This document shows positions 1 through 13,260 of a DNA stretch of 64,000 nucleotides, one piece after another. The stretch lies in the NCBI RefSeq assembly GCF_964194155.1, contig NC_135889.1, positions 101,122,001 to 101,186,000 of the forward strand, read 5' to 3'. Under the pieces are notes generated by a model. That model did no database searches. It was not told the origin of the DNA and saw only the letters and a list, made by a program, of their open reading frames with translations. The position numbers were made by a program, and so were the translations under genes. This stretch comes from Cetorhinus maximus. Taxonomy: Eukaryota. Every line of letters starts with the position of its first letter. Position 1 is the stretch's first letter.

Positions 1-183
1 TAAATGGATTTAACTCCATGAGAGCACATACATATCAAATAACTTTTGGTCCTGAATGAAATGTGGAAACTCCCTTTAATATTCATTACCACAGACAGAG
101 TTTAACCAACATAATTTTTCACTTAACCATTAGGATGGGGTAATTACAATTCATTTAATCTAACTCAGCATTTATTGTGCAGT

Positions 184-870
184 GGGACAATAGCATAGTT
201 GTTAAGCTGCTGGATACATATTCTCAAGGTTTGATAAACCAGAGAGTGAGGGTTGGATTTAATAGAGAGGTGGTCGGGTCTTGCCTGCTGGCTGGAGAGT
301 CTTTGGGAAGGCCCGTCACACCATGTGCCACTCGGGTGCTTAACTGGACAGTGTTGGGCTTTCCCCAGGATCAAGGACTTAGAAGTCTTGCCCACCAACA
401 GCTGCCAGCCAATAAGAAGCCAGTAGTTCTGTGGAAAGGAAGGCGATGGCTGCTGCTCACTTAAGTGCTCACTTAAGGGCCTCATTAAAGGTCTCAATTG
501 GTGGTGGGGCAGGAATACCATCCACGAGCTTTCCCATCATGGACTTAATCAAGGTGCAGGCGGGAAGGCAGAAGGTCCGCACCTGCCACCCTCCCACCTG
601 ATTAAATGCCCCCCGCCACCAAACTCGCCATGGGGGAGGGCATTAAATTCCACCCTGAGAGTTCAAATCTCACCATGGTAATTTAACAATCTTGATTCAG
701 TTTAGAAGAAACTGGAAATAATTTTTAAAATTGGTACCAATAAATAAAAGTGGTCATTTATCTATTGTCACAAATGTCCTTTGGAAAAGGAAATCTGTTG
801 CTCTTACTTGTTCTGGCCCAGAAAGCCACTCAAGGGATGGGCAATAAATTGTCAGTGATGCAATTAATGC
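184..870 (+). mobile_element. Degraded tRNA-derived SINE (same family as 37275-37630), split by a MITE
   Basis: A-box-like TAGCATAGTTG at about 191. B-box GAGTTCAAATC resumes at about 659 after the MITE. Body AATGTCCTTTGGAAAAGGAAATCTG and tail GGGATGGGCAATAAAT match the 37.3-kb SINE and the 42.5-kb LINE 3' end. Confidence 0.55.
250..655. mobile_element. Non-autonomous PIF/Harbinger-type MITE
   Basis: TIRs GGGTTGGATTTAAT / ATTAAATTCCACCC with 3-bp TSD TGA on both sides. Related to 39400-40058 and 52345-53024. Confidence 0.8.
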
Positions 871-2829
871 TGCATTATTCATTTTAGTAGACAGAAAAAC
901 CTAGAGAATAATTATCTCCATGAAGAATGGGCCTTCAAAGGTCAAATAAAGGTAGGTACACCAAAATAAAATGTGGTCCTGTTGAAAAGAAAGGTCATCC
1001 AGGAGTAAATTCCTGGAGGGCACCTTGCAGCAGCAGGGTCAAAGGGCATTGAGAACGCAGAGTACAGTTCAAATACTCCCACTGTGTTATGGAGAGTATC
1101 ATTAACTAACATGAAAACAACTGCAGCCTTATGGAGCCTTATGTTTGTGTGCAAACTCCTAGTGTGTTACAATGTGCCCAGTTGCTGTGTATATATGCTG
1201 CTTACATTGGGTAAGCAGGCCACAGGTCTCCGTACCCAATAATACGAAGTAACTTCAAACTTTACACTATTATAAACCACCTTACCCCAAAGGGGTACAC
1301 CATTTCTAGCAGCCAGACACATTGCCATTGAACTGAAATTTCAGATGGACTTTTCAGCAACATAAAACACCTCTTGAAACCAGGTTTCCTACTCCTACTT
1401 CATAGAAAAATGAATGATTATGATTTGGCTTGATTTTCAGATTGAATTCAAAATTTAATGTTTTACACTCCTGGTACAATAAAGCAATTATCCATCCTTT
1501 GTCCGTAAAGCAATTGTCATCTAGATAGATGTAGAAAATACAGTTTCATTAATTAATGCATTAAATACCTTCCAAGGTCTTCTTAAATTTGCATCTCAAC
1601 AAAGCAGAGGGTCAAAGTTTTATCCAAATGATTTATCCAAAAACAAAGAAGTTTGGTGATCACTGTGTAACTAATTCTTTGTCAGCAACATGGGTTATCC
1701 TTTCGAGATTGGTCTTCACAGAAGGCCATCAGGGCAACAACAAAATAGCCTTTGAATCTTTCCCAATAATTCCTGTAGCTCCATCTGTATCAAGGCCCAG
1801 TTCTTATCGCAGACTCCCTTTCCCTTCAAAACACCTTCTATATAATATTCAGTTTCCCTCTCAAATGTCACACCACCTGGGCTTTACATCTGTCAAACTG
1901 CAATGGGAGCTGGCTGGGACAGGCCCCAGCTTGCTAGTCAGAAGATACTGTCACTAAAAATCAAGCAACTGAAGTTACAAATGTGACAAGAAGAGCAGGG
2001 TTATGGAAGGCTGCATGGTGTGGGGTCACGAAATTAAGGGGAATAAGACAGAACAGTTTTTAATTTCTCTAAAATACAGTGCAAAATAAAAACAAATGCT
2101 GTGCATCTTTATTGGATGTGTGTTTAGCAGCACATGAGAATGTATGATTTCAAAGAACTGTATAAAATATTTTAACTCCCCAGATTTAGGAATATTGCCA
2201 TATATAAGCATTCTCAGTATTGGGCAGACTGTTTTCGATTAGGTCTTAAACAATGCACACTGCAATCTTTTAGCTACATTTGTGACATCAATGAAGCATT
2301 TGCAAACACCGCCAAATGCTGCAAGGAAACATGGAAATTCAAATGATGAGCACTCAATAGTACTCCTGTAAGACAAATTAGAATTAGCTCTTATATTTAA
2401 GCTGCTCTTTCCAATACAATAACATTTCTATGAAAGATTGGTTCTAGTTGATAGGCTAGGCACTTGTTTTAAAGTCAGAAACCCATGGTTGCTTTTAACA
2501 ACCCACATTTGTTGTCACTGAATTTTTATGCATTTGGCCGTTTTCCTCTCCTGAACAATTCACACAGAATAATAATAACAATGTATTGAATAGATATTTG
2601 GTACATTAACTTTTATTCTTAACATCTTTAGTAAACCAAAAGGTTTCTTCTTATAGTAACAGTGCACGGAAATAAGTTGTAGCTGCATCACTAATAACTG
2701 AAGCATGGAATCAGTACATTATTCCATAATTGGATACATATAGCAAGGCTGTTATTTTTTTCTAAGGATTTCACAAGATCACAGGACAAACACAGCCCAT
2801 TGTAGCTCATCCAGGTTAAAAAAATCCTC

Positions 2830-3400
2830 GTTTCCCTGACACAAAATTAGAGCTAAGCTGCAAGGGTGATTTCGGACAGCACTTCTTCACACAAAGAATA
2901 GAGGGTATCTGGAACTCTCTCCCCCAAAAAGCTGCTGAGGCTGGGCAAGTTGAAAATTTTAAGACTGAGATTGATAGGTTTTTGTTTGGCTAACAAAGGA
3001 TAACGTAAACAAGGCAGGTATTTCAGTTAAAATACAGAACAGCCATGATCCAATTGAATGAACATTGGAACATAGGAACATAGGAGTAGGACTAGGCCAT
3101 TGGGCCCCTCGAAACTGCTCCACGATTTAACTAGGTCATGGCTGACCTTCTAGCAATGCCATCTTCACGCACTATCCCCATGTCACTTAATGTCATTGGT
3201 ATCTAGAAATCTACCAACCTCTGCTTTAAACATCCTCAATAATGAGTTTCTATAGTCCTTTGGGGTAGAGAATGCCAAAGATTTACCACACTCTGGCTGA
3301 AGAACTTCATCGTCATCTCAGTCCTTAATGGCCCATTACTTATTCTGAGACTGGCGGAACAAGTTTGAAGGGCTTAAAGGCTGACTCCTGTTCCTATGTT
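2830..3400 (+). mobile_element. CR1 LINE 3' fragment with a nested antisense CR1 3' fragment (about 3061-3350)
   Basis: Encodes HFFTQRIEGIWNSLPQK (CR1 ORF2 C-terminus) and ends CTCCTGTTCCTATGTT. The nested piece begins GGAACATAGGAACATAGGAGTAGG, a reversed CR1 tail. Confidence 0.75.
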
Positions 3401-3476
3401 GCTAATATCAAACTGTGCGTGGGTGCGCGCAAAATCTTTCCCTGCATACGGTACCATTCCAATTGTTAAGCACACT

Positions 3477-4179
3477 CAGATCAATTTTCGCTTGGCAAGT
3501 GGAAATTGATGCAAATTGGGTGGCAGTTCTTCCAGCCGCCAGAAGTGTCAGGCTTGGAATATTTTAACATTTGGAACTCATTTAAATACATTGAGCCGAC
3601 CTGAAGCTATTCACAATGACACATCGTGCCAGTGGGAAAGAGTGGAAAGTCACAGAGCTCAGGCTGTTGTTTGGAACCATGGAAATTATCCCTCAAAAAG
3701 GTATATGAGAAAGGAAGGGATTGGAAATGATCGCAGTTTTGAGGGGGTGGAATGCTGGCATGTAGAACGGAGGAAGAAATCCAGGATAAGGGTTACCTAA
3801 GGTATCATCGCAGGACCTGGAGAGCATTCCTGGCCCACAGGCAATCCAGGTAAAAATTAATTTTCCAAACTTACCTTGGCCTCACCTGATCACTCAAAGC
3901 AAATTTGCTGTGTTTACAGTGCTGGGGACTGCACCCATGCTGCCTTCCAAACACAAATGTACTGGCGTGGCATTGATGATGTCACTGGGGCTTGACATTG
4001 AGATTTAAATTAGTCCCCCGCCTGCCTGCAAGTCGGAACCTCAGCCAAATTAATGCCGGGGAAGATTAAATGTTGCTGGTCAGAAACAGTGTGGCCTGGG
4101 GGTAGTAATGAAATTCAGATTATTATAACCTCTTCCACACACCATTCTTGGTGGCTGTGGGGGAGTTAAAATTGACCCC
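3477..4179. mobile_element. Old Harbinger-type MITE
   Basis: Degenerate TIRs CAGATCAATTTT / AAAATTGACCCC with ACT on both flanks. Confidence 0.5.
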
Positions 4180-7100
4180 ACTACGTATGAAAAACTTCCC
4201 GACTAGGGTGGGGAATCAGTAGCAAGGAAACAATGTTTGTGCAGGACCAAAAATGATCCTAGGTCTTTTCAGCATTAAGTTGGGGAAAGTGAGGACCAGT
4301 CTAAGAATGAATGTTGCACTTGAAAGAGTGCACTGAATTTACCTTTTTGATACGTTATAATATATTAAAATCCTCCATAAGGTCTCCTCAATGGCACTTC
4401 TTTTCAATTTTCTCTTCCTCTTCAGTTTTTTCTTCCTAACTCAGTTCTCTGACATTTGAGATCATCTTTGTGCCTCTGCATTATCTCCACATTTAACTGC
4501 TTCTTTTCAGTCCCTTGTTAAGCTTTCAGTGAGCACTTTTTTTCTGCAATAGCGAATCAAATGAGTAACTGTCTAATTATGATTTTTCATTCAGAAGCCA
4601 AACTCTGCTTTTGAGCGCATGTGAAAGGTTGAGAATTTTAGACAGTGAAGTCATGCTGTGGACTTTAAGTAGTTGCAATGGTTTTGTAAGGTCATGCTTG
4701 CATTCAGACAGCATTCAGCAATCCATCAGAATGTCTTTTCTTAAGGTTAAAATAGCATTCATGTTTGACACTGTTAATCAGACTAAGATGCATTGTGTAA
4801 ATGGTAAGTAGGCATACTGTTCCCTGTGAAGAATAGTCAACCAAATTTATTCTGATTGAGATGCCCATGAAATCAATTAGTGCACGAATTAGTGCACTTA
4901 ATTTCTGTGACACTCTTGAATTCTTCCAATGTAAACATTTGAGACCATCAAGAGATGATTCATCTAACAGTCCACAGGAAACCAATAATCTATCTTGGCA
5001 CGTGGTTTTGATTGACAAGCAACTTTGAAATGAAAACCCACAACTGACTAATTTCAGAGGGATGTGTTATATAGCCACACACTATGGATCATGCAGGAGC
5101 TTTATAATTATTTGTGCTCATCATGATGAGGGTTGGAATGGTGTTAGAATAGAAACATTTTGCATTTTGGAGTCCAGAAACTCCAAGCATGCAATAGGTA
5201 GACAGTAAAACTCCCGCTGTACTCTTCAAAATATGCCATAGCCCAACCAGCGTTCCCTCATATATCTCCATCATCCTCCCATTAGGTGTTAATAGGTTCT
5301 GTTCCCATCATTCAAATCCACCTTTCATAGTGGAGTGTTTTCAAAATTAGCAGCACTGAATTCCACATTTATTTTTTTAACTGCTGTTTTACATGCTCTG
5401 GCTTTGAACATATTCAACCGATCTACAGCTACTTGAGAGAGCAAGCTTTCATCTTATCAACTTGGGATGGATTCAGACTAAGTTTCCAGAGGTGAAAGAT
5501 TATCATTCTAACCCAATGTGCCACCGGGTTTCCTGCAATTTGTTTTTTAATTCACTGCAGCTTCCTTAGCGCATTCTCCTAAAATTAAGTGGCAAAGGGT
5601 CAAAAACCCAGCCATGACCTATCGTGTTCCCTCATTCCAAAAGATGAAAGTTCAAATACAGTCCAGGAGGAGGGCCTCATTGCAATGAGGATAACATCAT
5701 CTTTAGCATCACAATGTGTTGTGAAGCTACAAACACACGACTGGAATAGAGGGAGAAAAAAATGCTACCACATTTAATTTGTTCATTCTTACATTTGCAT
5801 CGCTGATTGCTAACTATTTAAATATTAGCTGAATATTATAGTTATGAATCTGTTGTACCCCTGATAAAAATTAACATTATAAATGCCAGCGTAATCCACT
5901 CAGCACCACAGAATGTGCCCACCTGCCAGACACCTGTTCCCACTGTTTCAATACTCTTTGATTACAGCAAATGCTGGGTCTCTTCTGAAGTAATGAGCAA
6001 TTTTTACATTTTGCATGATTAGAAACAGATGCTGACAAAGCCTAGCTCTGCAGTTGTATGCATGAGCAATTGCTGATATGTTTATGATTAGAAATTACAA
6101 GAAGTCAAATCAGTGTTAATGCTATAAAGTAAACACCATCTTTTTTTAAACAAAAATTCTGTTTCAGCATCTCCTCTACTAGTTAATAAAAACACATCTC
6201 TCTTTAATAGGACAGTAAACATATCAGAACCTAACAAAACTCAGGATGCAGAACTGTTTTCATCACCAACAGCTAGTCAACCAAATTGTCAATGCTTATG
6301 ATTTGACCAATCGCACCTCATTCACAATAAAAGCAAGATTGAAGTGATGGAGGGGAAAGAATGTCATGTGATCAACAGGATGCATTCAAAGTAACTTCAG
6401 TTAGGAAAATCTTTTTTAACTATCATTTTATTGAAATTATAGCATCTGTAATTGATTGGCTTGAGTCTTCAATTTATTGGGGTCAATTTTAACTTGCAGA
6501 AATTAGTGTTAACAAGGTGTTAATGGTCTCAGGTTGAGGTGGGGAGACTTAACTGGTCCATTTATGGCAATGCTGTGGCCACCACAATCTTTACAGGGGC
6601 TGACTGTTGGGTAGCTGATGTGCTGACATGCTCACGTGTTTTGGTTGGCAGGCCTTGTTTAATAAAAATAGAGGTCCAATGATGTGCACCGATTGACACT
6701 TTAGGACAGAACTGGTGAACCGTGAACTCTAAGACAGTTTTACTGGTAATACTGGCTAAAGAGACCCTTGAGGGATGCATGGAGTAGAAAAGAAAAGCTG
6801 GGCCATTGCCACTTGGAAACCCTGCACCCCTACCCCACCACATCTGTGACTGTCACAACCCCAAAGTCTTTACCCAATGAGTGGAGACTGGACTTCTGGC
6901 TCTGAACTAATGTAATAAGATACTCTCTTGTTTATGAATAACTGTTACAAAGATGGTTATGTCCAAGGTATAGATGCTTACATCATGCCCAGTCAGAATG
7001 TTAATCAGCCTGCAAATTCTTCCATTATTTTGCATTGTTTGCCAAGGATGCAAACAACTTTTGTCTTGCTGTTTGCATCTCCCTTAACTTTTTTCTCTTC

Positions 7101-7254
7101 TGATATACTCTGCCATGTTAATTTACGTTCATTCCTGCTACATTTCTTGACCTCTGCTTCCCCTTAAAAATTTCTGTCCTCTGTCCAATTGCCTTTATCT
7201 TTTTTTATGTCAGCATCTTCTGTTAATTTCCACGCATGCCACCTCAATCCTATG

Positions 7255-7895
7255 GGCCAGAATATTTCCGTTGGCGAGTTGGGGGCGGGGCCCGCTCACC
7301 GACGCGAAAATGACGTGAGATGATGTTGAGGGGAACCCCCAACATCATCCCGCCCCATTTAAATATTCAGGAAGGCGGAGGGACAGCGCGATCAGCTGTC
7401 CGCCCGCTGACCTGTCAATGGCCTCAATTAAATAAATTACAGGCCCTGCCCGTCCAACCTTAAGGCTGGCGGGCAGGCCAGGAGCCCCAGTGGGCTTCTG
7501 AAAAAACATGAAACCTCATCCAATGGCGGATGAGGTTTCATGTCTGTTTTTAAAAAGTTTAATAAAGTTTTAGTCATATGTATTAACATGTCCCATCTCG
7601 TGTGACATTGTCACATGAGGGGGACATTTTAATTATTTTTTAATTTTTCTATTTTTGATGTTTATAAAGCTTTTATCGATCTCCCTGAGACAGCACTTAG
7701 TCTCAGGGAGATGTGCGCTCTTTCGTGCACATGCCCAAAAGAGCACACTTTAACAGTTGGGGAATCCCTCCCCCCCTGCACAGGAAGTGCATAGCGCTTC
7801 CCGTCGGGCAGCCCACCCGCTCAAAATGGCGGCGGGGCCCGTTTCGGCGGTAGCGCTCGGCTGCCCGCCCGCCCATCAAGGGCAAAATTCTGCCC
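7255..7895. mobile_element. Non-autonomous Harbinger-type element (GC-rich MITE)
   Basis: TIRs GGCCAGAATATTT / AAAATTCTGCCC, flanks ATG/GTG. Subterminal sequence resembles the left end of the Harbinger at 26849. Confidence 0.75.
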
Positions 7896-10552
7896 GTGGT
7901 GTTTCCAAATTCCCTCTCTTACATCTTCACCTATTCCCTCAGTCCCATCCATCCCAGCTTAATCGCATTACCTTCATCTATGCCTCCTCAATTGCACAAT
8001 TTTAGCCCAATATCATTGTAATTTCACTCATCTATTCGTGGTCTCACCACCTGTCCAATTGTTCTTCATGCATTCCATGCTCAATTTCCCCATCACCCCT
8101 TCATATCCTCCAACAATCCTACCTCATTCCACTCTCACTATTCCAACTGAATCCCCATCAGCATTATCCAAAGGTTTTTTTTTTAAACGAGGAAGCCCGT
8201 GAGGACCAATGGCTAATCTTTGCTACTTTTAGCTGCAGGTTCATTTTCTATATGTCAAGAGTGCTTAATAACCTTTCCTGATTTTGTTTTAAAAGTACAA
8301 TGAACACAGCAATTTGGCTCCATGGCCCCTCCAGCAGTCTCCTTTCCAGGAAACCATATTTAATTGTATTTATTGACTGTAAAAGTTGGCAAACATTATA
8401 AACATTCATAGCTCATTGAAGATAAAAGTGCCACTGAAACTGGCAATGGATGAGAATTGCTGTGAGGACAGAAAGCAACAGACCGGTGTGGAATTGAAAT
8501 GAATGTGGGGGTAGGAATGAGAAACTACTAAGGATTTATAAATGCGGCCCATTCTGAATGACCAGTCAAGAAAAATTACCAATAATAACCTTTAATAAAT
8601 AAAGATAAAACAGATGATTAATTGAATCGCTCAAAACTTATCTTGAGAAAGTTTCTGGTTGCCATTTTTTCCTTTAGTATATTCAAAATTTGTAGTGTCT
8701 TAAATTTTAAACAAAATAAAAATATGTAAAAATTTGCGTACATCACAATAATAATAAATTTGTGCAATGTCTTAATTTTTAATGCCTTCAGTCAAATTTT
8801 TACTTCAAGTCCTGTCAGTCTCTAAAGCTTAGCGACATCATCCACCTACACTGGGCAAGTGCAATATTTGTATTCTGAGCATGTGCAATTGGGAAAAAAA
8901 AAAATCACAGTATACATCAGTCTGTGAAGTGAAGGAGGGAGGTGCACCTCCTCAACCTTTGAAGGTTTGAGATGTATTCACTTTTTCCAAAAGACTTTGA
9001 AACAAGCTGGTGATTGAGTTCTCAAAGCTTTATTTTAAGCAAATGATACATTTAAAATTTGAACAACTGCTCATTTTCGAATATGAACTGCTCAATTTTA
9101 CCTCACAGACAGTTAGATAACACCTGTGAATAACATCACCTGTTTTCTTCTTTTCTTGCCATTTAGAAAGGAAAACACAGAATGTTTATCAAGGATTGAT
9201 TTACAATTTCAGCTTGTTTTTCCAAGTGATTTAAATCTAGCTGGAAGTTAAATTTGAATTATTTAGTTTTGCCGAGTTAGATTTTATTCATATAAATCAC
9301 AGTGAACTCTTGAATTCTTCATTTTGACTCAAACTTAGTTGCAACATCTGAGAAAGACCATAACCCATTTTAGAGGCGTCAAGCTAATGTTTTGCATTAA
9401 AGGCTGCACGTGGCTTAAACTATGAATTTATGAGTGCCTTATAAAGCAATGTGTGTTTGTTTATAGAAATTAATGTTCATTAAATTCTGTATATGTCATC
9501 AATCTCACTAATTACACACTGAACGATTCAGGGTAAGAACTTAAAGGCAGGAATTAGTCAAGAATGGAAAATGCATTGGGAGTTGGGTGGGGAGTTATCT
9601 AATGACCAAAATAAATTCTAGGTACGTTAGAGGAGGAGAATGACAGGCAATAAAACAGTGGGTATCACCTTCTAGTCTGAAAAGGACCAAGAGCATTTTG
9701 GCTGCTGTTCTCTTCAGCTCCACCTCTCAACCCTGCTAACAGCTGGTTCTCTGAAATGAGGGCAAAGCCCTCAGTGCTATCAGATCTGTTTCTCCCACCA
9801 GCCCACCCTTCCCTGAGGTCCATGTGGATTCCAGATGCCTCTTGACCCAGAACTTTGCAACCTCATCCCACAACCGCTTGCAAGTGCTCCAAACTCCGTT
9901 AGGCAAGTCTTCCAGTGCTCCCAAGCACCGGGATCACTCAAAATATCCCCAGAAATTGAGATCCCTTGCTGTACTCCCTGATCCCGGGGCCACCTTTATT
10001 TCTCTGATACATCTTAACATTCCTCCCCAAAACTTCCATAAACTGCCATTCAGATCTCAGATTCCGATCATGGTTCTATGCCAGATCCAGGACTGCTCCT
10101 TATATGGATAAATTAGCATCTGTGATAATATTACTTGACACAATTTCCCTGTTCTTCTAAGCCTTAAACATAAGGAATGCTGTGGGATGCTAACTTGTTT
10201 TCAGAAAATTGTAAATAAATTTTATGTTACAGAACAAAACTTATCCTTATCTATTTTATTTAATCTCTAAATGTTATCACTCTTTTGCTACAAGGTAATT
10301 TTGGCACTTGTCTGTCTTTTTTTCCCCTGTTAATAAGCTCCATAATAAGCTATGTTGCAGAAGAGCTTTCCTCCTTGATTTGTGTACTTGTGGGACAACA
10401 AAACTGTTCCAGGTGGAGAAATTAGGCAAATTATCTTAGAAGTAAAATTCTGTCTCACCATATAAACGTATTTAGTAGCTAAGCATTTTGGTTAATACCC
10501 CTCACCTGGAACCTATTTATTGTTCTCCAAGTAGAACAATTGAGGGGAAAAT

Positions 10553-11026
10553 GGTGTCAGCTGTGGCTCAGTTCATAGCACCCTCGCCTTTGAATCAGAG
10601 GGTTGTGGGTTCATGTCCCACTCCCGGAAACCAAGAACTGTGATTGTACTCAAAAGAGTTACAATCTGTGACTGTTGATAACTCGAAAAGAGTATCATGT
10701 AATCCCTAGGGAGGTGTCAGCTGTGGCTCAGTTCATAGCACCCTCGCCTTTGAATCAGAGGGTTGTGGGTTCATGTCCCACTCCTGGAAACCAAGAACTG
10801 TGATTGTACTCAAAAAGAGTTGCAATCTGTGACTGTTGATAACTCGAAAGAGTATCATGTAATCCCTAGGGAGGTGTCAGCTGTGGCTCAGTTCATAGCA
10901 CCCTCGCCTTTGAATCAGAGGGTTGTGGGTTCATGTCCCACTCCTGGAAACCAAGAACTGTGATTGTACTCAAAAGAGTTGCAATCTGTGACTGTTGATA
11001 ACTCGAAAGAGTATCATGTAATCCCT
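10553..11026 (+). repeat. About three near-identical tandem copies of a 160-bp unit (tRNA-SINE head plus two hairpins)
   Basis: GGTGTCAGCTGTGGCTCAG recurs at 10553, 10713 and 10873. Each unit has A-box TGGCTCAGTTCA and B-box GGTTCATGTCC. Confidence 0.92.
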
Positions 11027-11234
11027 GGAACTAATGAACCACAGGGAAGGAACATGTCCAATTGACCCAAAAGTGAAAATGAAGAGAGCAGCTAGAGATT
11101 TACTTAAAACAAACTTAAGTTTGAATTGTAGGAGTATAATCCATATATGTTATTTTTATTAAAAATTTCATGAATTGCTTTTAGAGCAAATGCTGGTATT
11201 AACTTGGGCTAGTCGATAGTTTATATGCTTTTAG

Positions 11235-11735
11235 TCATTAAGTTCTGGGTTCAATACCCAAACCAATAATTTGAGGTTGACATGCCAGCATTGAAGGCAC
11301 TGTCTTTTGGATGAGATGTTAAAAATTATGTTCTGGCTGCCTTTTCTTGGTAATGGAGAGGGATGTTAAAGATCTCATTTTATCAATATTAGGAGAAGAG
11401 CAGGGAGATCTCCTGGTGTCTTGGATAATGTTACCTCTTCAATGAACACCATCTACATAAATTAACCATTCATACACCCCATTGTTATTTGCAGGATTAT
11501 CCCGTGTGCAAAATGTCTGCCTTAACCAAAAAGAAAAATGTTCACCTCATGGCAAAGTAAAAAGAACATAAGAAATAAGAACAGGAGTAGACCATTCGAC
11601 CCCTCGAGCCTGCCCCACCATTCAATAAGATCATGGCTGATCTTCTTGTGTTTCGATTTCAATTAATAAATTGTATCCGAAGCACCTTGGGATGCTTCTG
11701 AAAAATGCAATAAGGTTCTAAATAAATCTAAATCC
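11235..11735 (+). mobile_element. Old Deu-domain tRNA SINE with a nested antisense CR1 tail (about 11562-11645)
   Basis: B-box GGTTCAATACC, Deu-like core TCTTTTGGATGAGATGTTAAA...GAAGAGCAGGGAG and tail AAGCACCTTGGGATG. The nested piece begins AAGAACATAAGAAATAAGAACAGGAGTAG. Confidence 0.6.
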
Positions 11736-12769
11736 TTTTCTTCTTTCTTATATTTTGCTTACGCTTTCCATTTCCTTCACGAGTCAAAAATTTGATGTTA
11801 AAATGAAGCAAAAGTTCAGCTTATATGAATTCACCATAGTTCAATCCCCAGAATGCACTGGATAGACAAACAGTGCCCTGCCCACAATGCCCCACCCCAC
11901 CCTTCACCCCTTGTCTCAATGTCACAAGCTGAATTTTCCACAGCACAAAGACACATATTTGGATAATTTGGCATAGGATACAGTTTGTAAGTATAGCATT
12001 AATATATACAAACATTTTAAAATACAATTGACTTCTCTTTCAAACAAAAATGTACTGTAAAATATAGTGCACAGCTGACATCCTGTCCTGGAAACAAGCA
12101 GCACAAAACAAGCAATGCATTCTAATAAGAACAAAGCCAGATTCCTCTTTACTGTGAGCATAAATGCAAAAATAGGTCCATTATAACATGGTTAAGATTG
12201 CAACATTAAAAAAAAAAGCCAGGAGAGAGTATCTAGAGAAGTGACAGCTAATACCTTTCACAAGAGGATTTTAAATCTCTAAGATGGCGCTTCTGAAGAG
12301 ATCAGTGAGGATTCTCCACTCAAACATCCATCCATGTTTGTGCCTGTAACTGAACCTGACAACAGCTGTAATATTTCGTCTAAATGGATAAAATTTGATG
12401 AAGTGTTAGATAATACAAATAAAACGTTGAACTCAGAATTCCAAACTCTGGAAGGAGGCCAAACTATTAAAAAAATAAAGATTGCAGTATAAAATCCTCA
12501 GCATTCATGAGGTCCTTCAAAAATAATAATTATTAAAGAATAAAAACATCATGAAGAAGTATCAAGTTTTGATTTTTGCTAATTGTAACTTTGCAATGAT
12601 AGAAAAAGTTAGCTGTCAATCATAGTGAACCATGGACTGGTAATATCATTTTGCCACCCATATGCTTCGAACTCTTCACCTCATCACATGCATAAAACCA
12701 CAGGCGCTTGCAGATTGATGACATTCCAATAGATCTTCCTGAGACTGTCAGTTAAATTAAAAACTCAAT

Positions 12770-12884
12770 GGCCGGAATTTTCCAGCACCCTCACACTGGC
12801 GGGATCTTCCGGCCCCACTGATGTGAATGGAGATTTCAATGGCTTGCTGGCTCCGCCACGGGGAAACTGAGGACAATTCTGGCC
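12770..12884. mobile_element. 115-bp mini-MITE (Harbinger-type)
   Basis: TIRs GGCCGGAATT / AATTCTGGCC, TSD AAT. Internal motif related to 49462-49592. Confidence 0.75.
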
Positions 12885-13260
12885 AATGTCAATAGATCGT
12901 GAGCATCTGTATAACGAGCATGGAAAGTTCAAAACTGGCAAGGTTTTTTCAGTGGCTTGTACGAACACATAAATTGGGTGAAACCTTCTCCTCTGGTCTT
13001 TTTCATGCTTTGTTATTATTACAAAATATGATGCATCATGAAATAGGATGCAAAAGTGAATTCATCCTATCTTAGCTCGTTTATCAAGAAAACCACAGCA
13101 GCTCCCTCATTACTGAGTCTGGTACATAAGTGATCCTAGCCTTTTTATCTCTGCTACAAACATAGAGTCCAGTTCATGCATAGACTCATAGGCGTTTACA
13201 GCACAGAAGGAGGCTATTCGGCCCATCGTGTCCACGCTGGTCAACAAAGAACTGACTACA

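Noticed and set aside
1740-1850. Minus-strand LGLDTDGATGIIGKDS resembling the hAT transposase DGA motif
   Set aside because: Only one short motif among stop codons, with no TIRs or other blocks seen. It needs a profile search.
10553-10625. Possible tRNA genes
   Set aside because: A and B boxes are present, but the sequence matches the SINE head at 20815 and I could not build a convincing cloverleaf.
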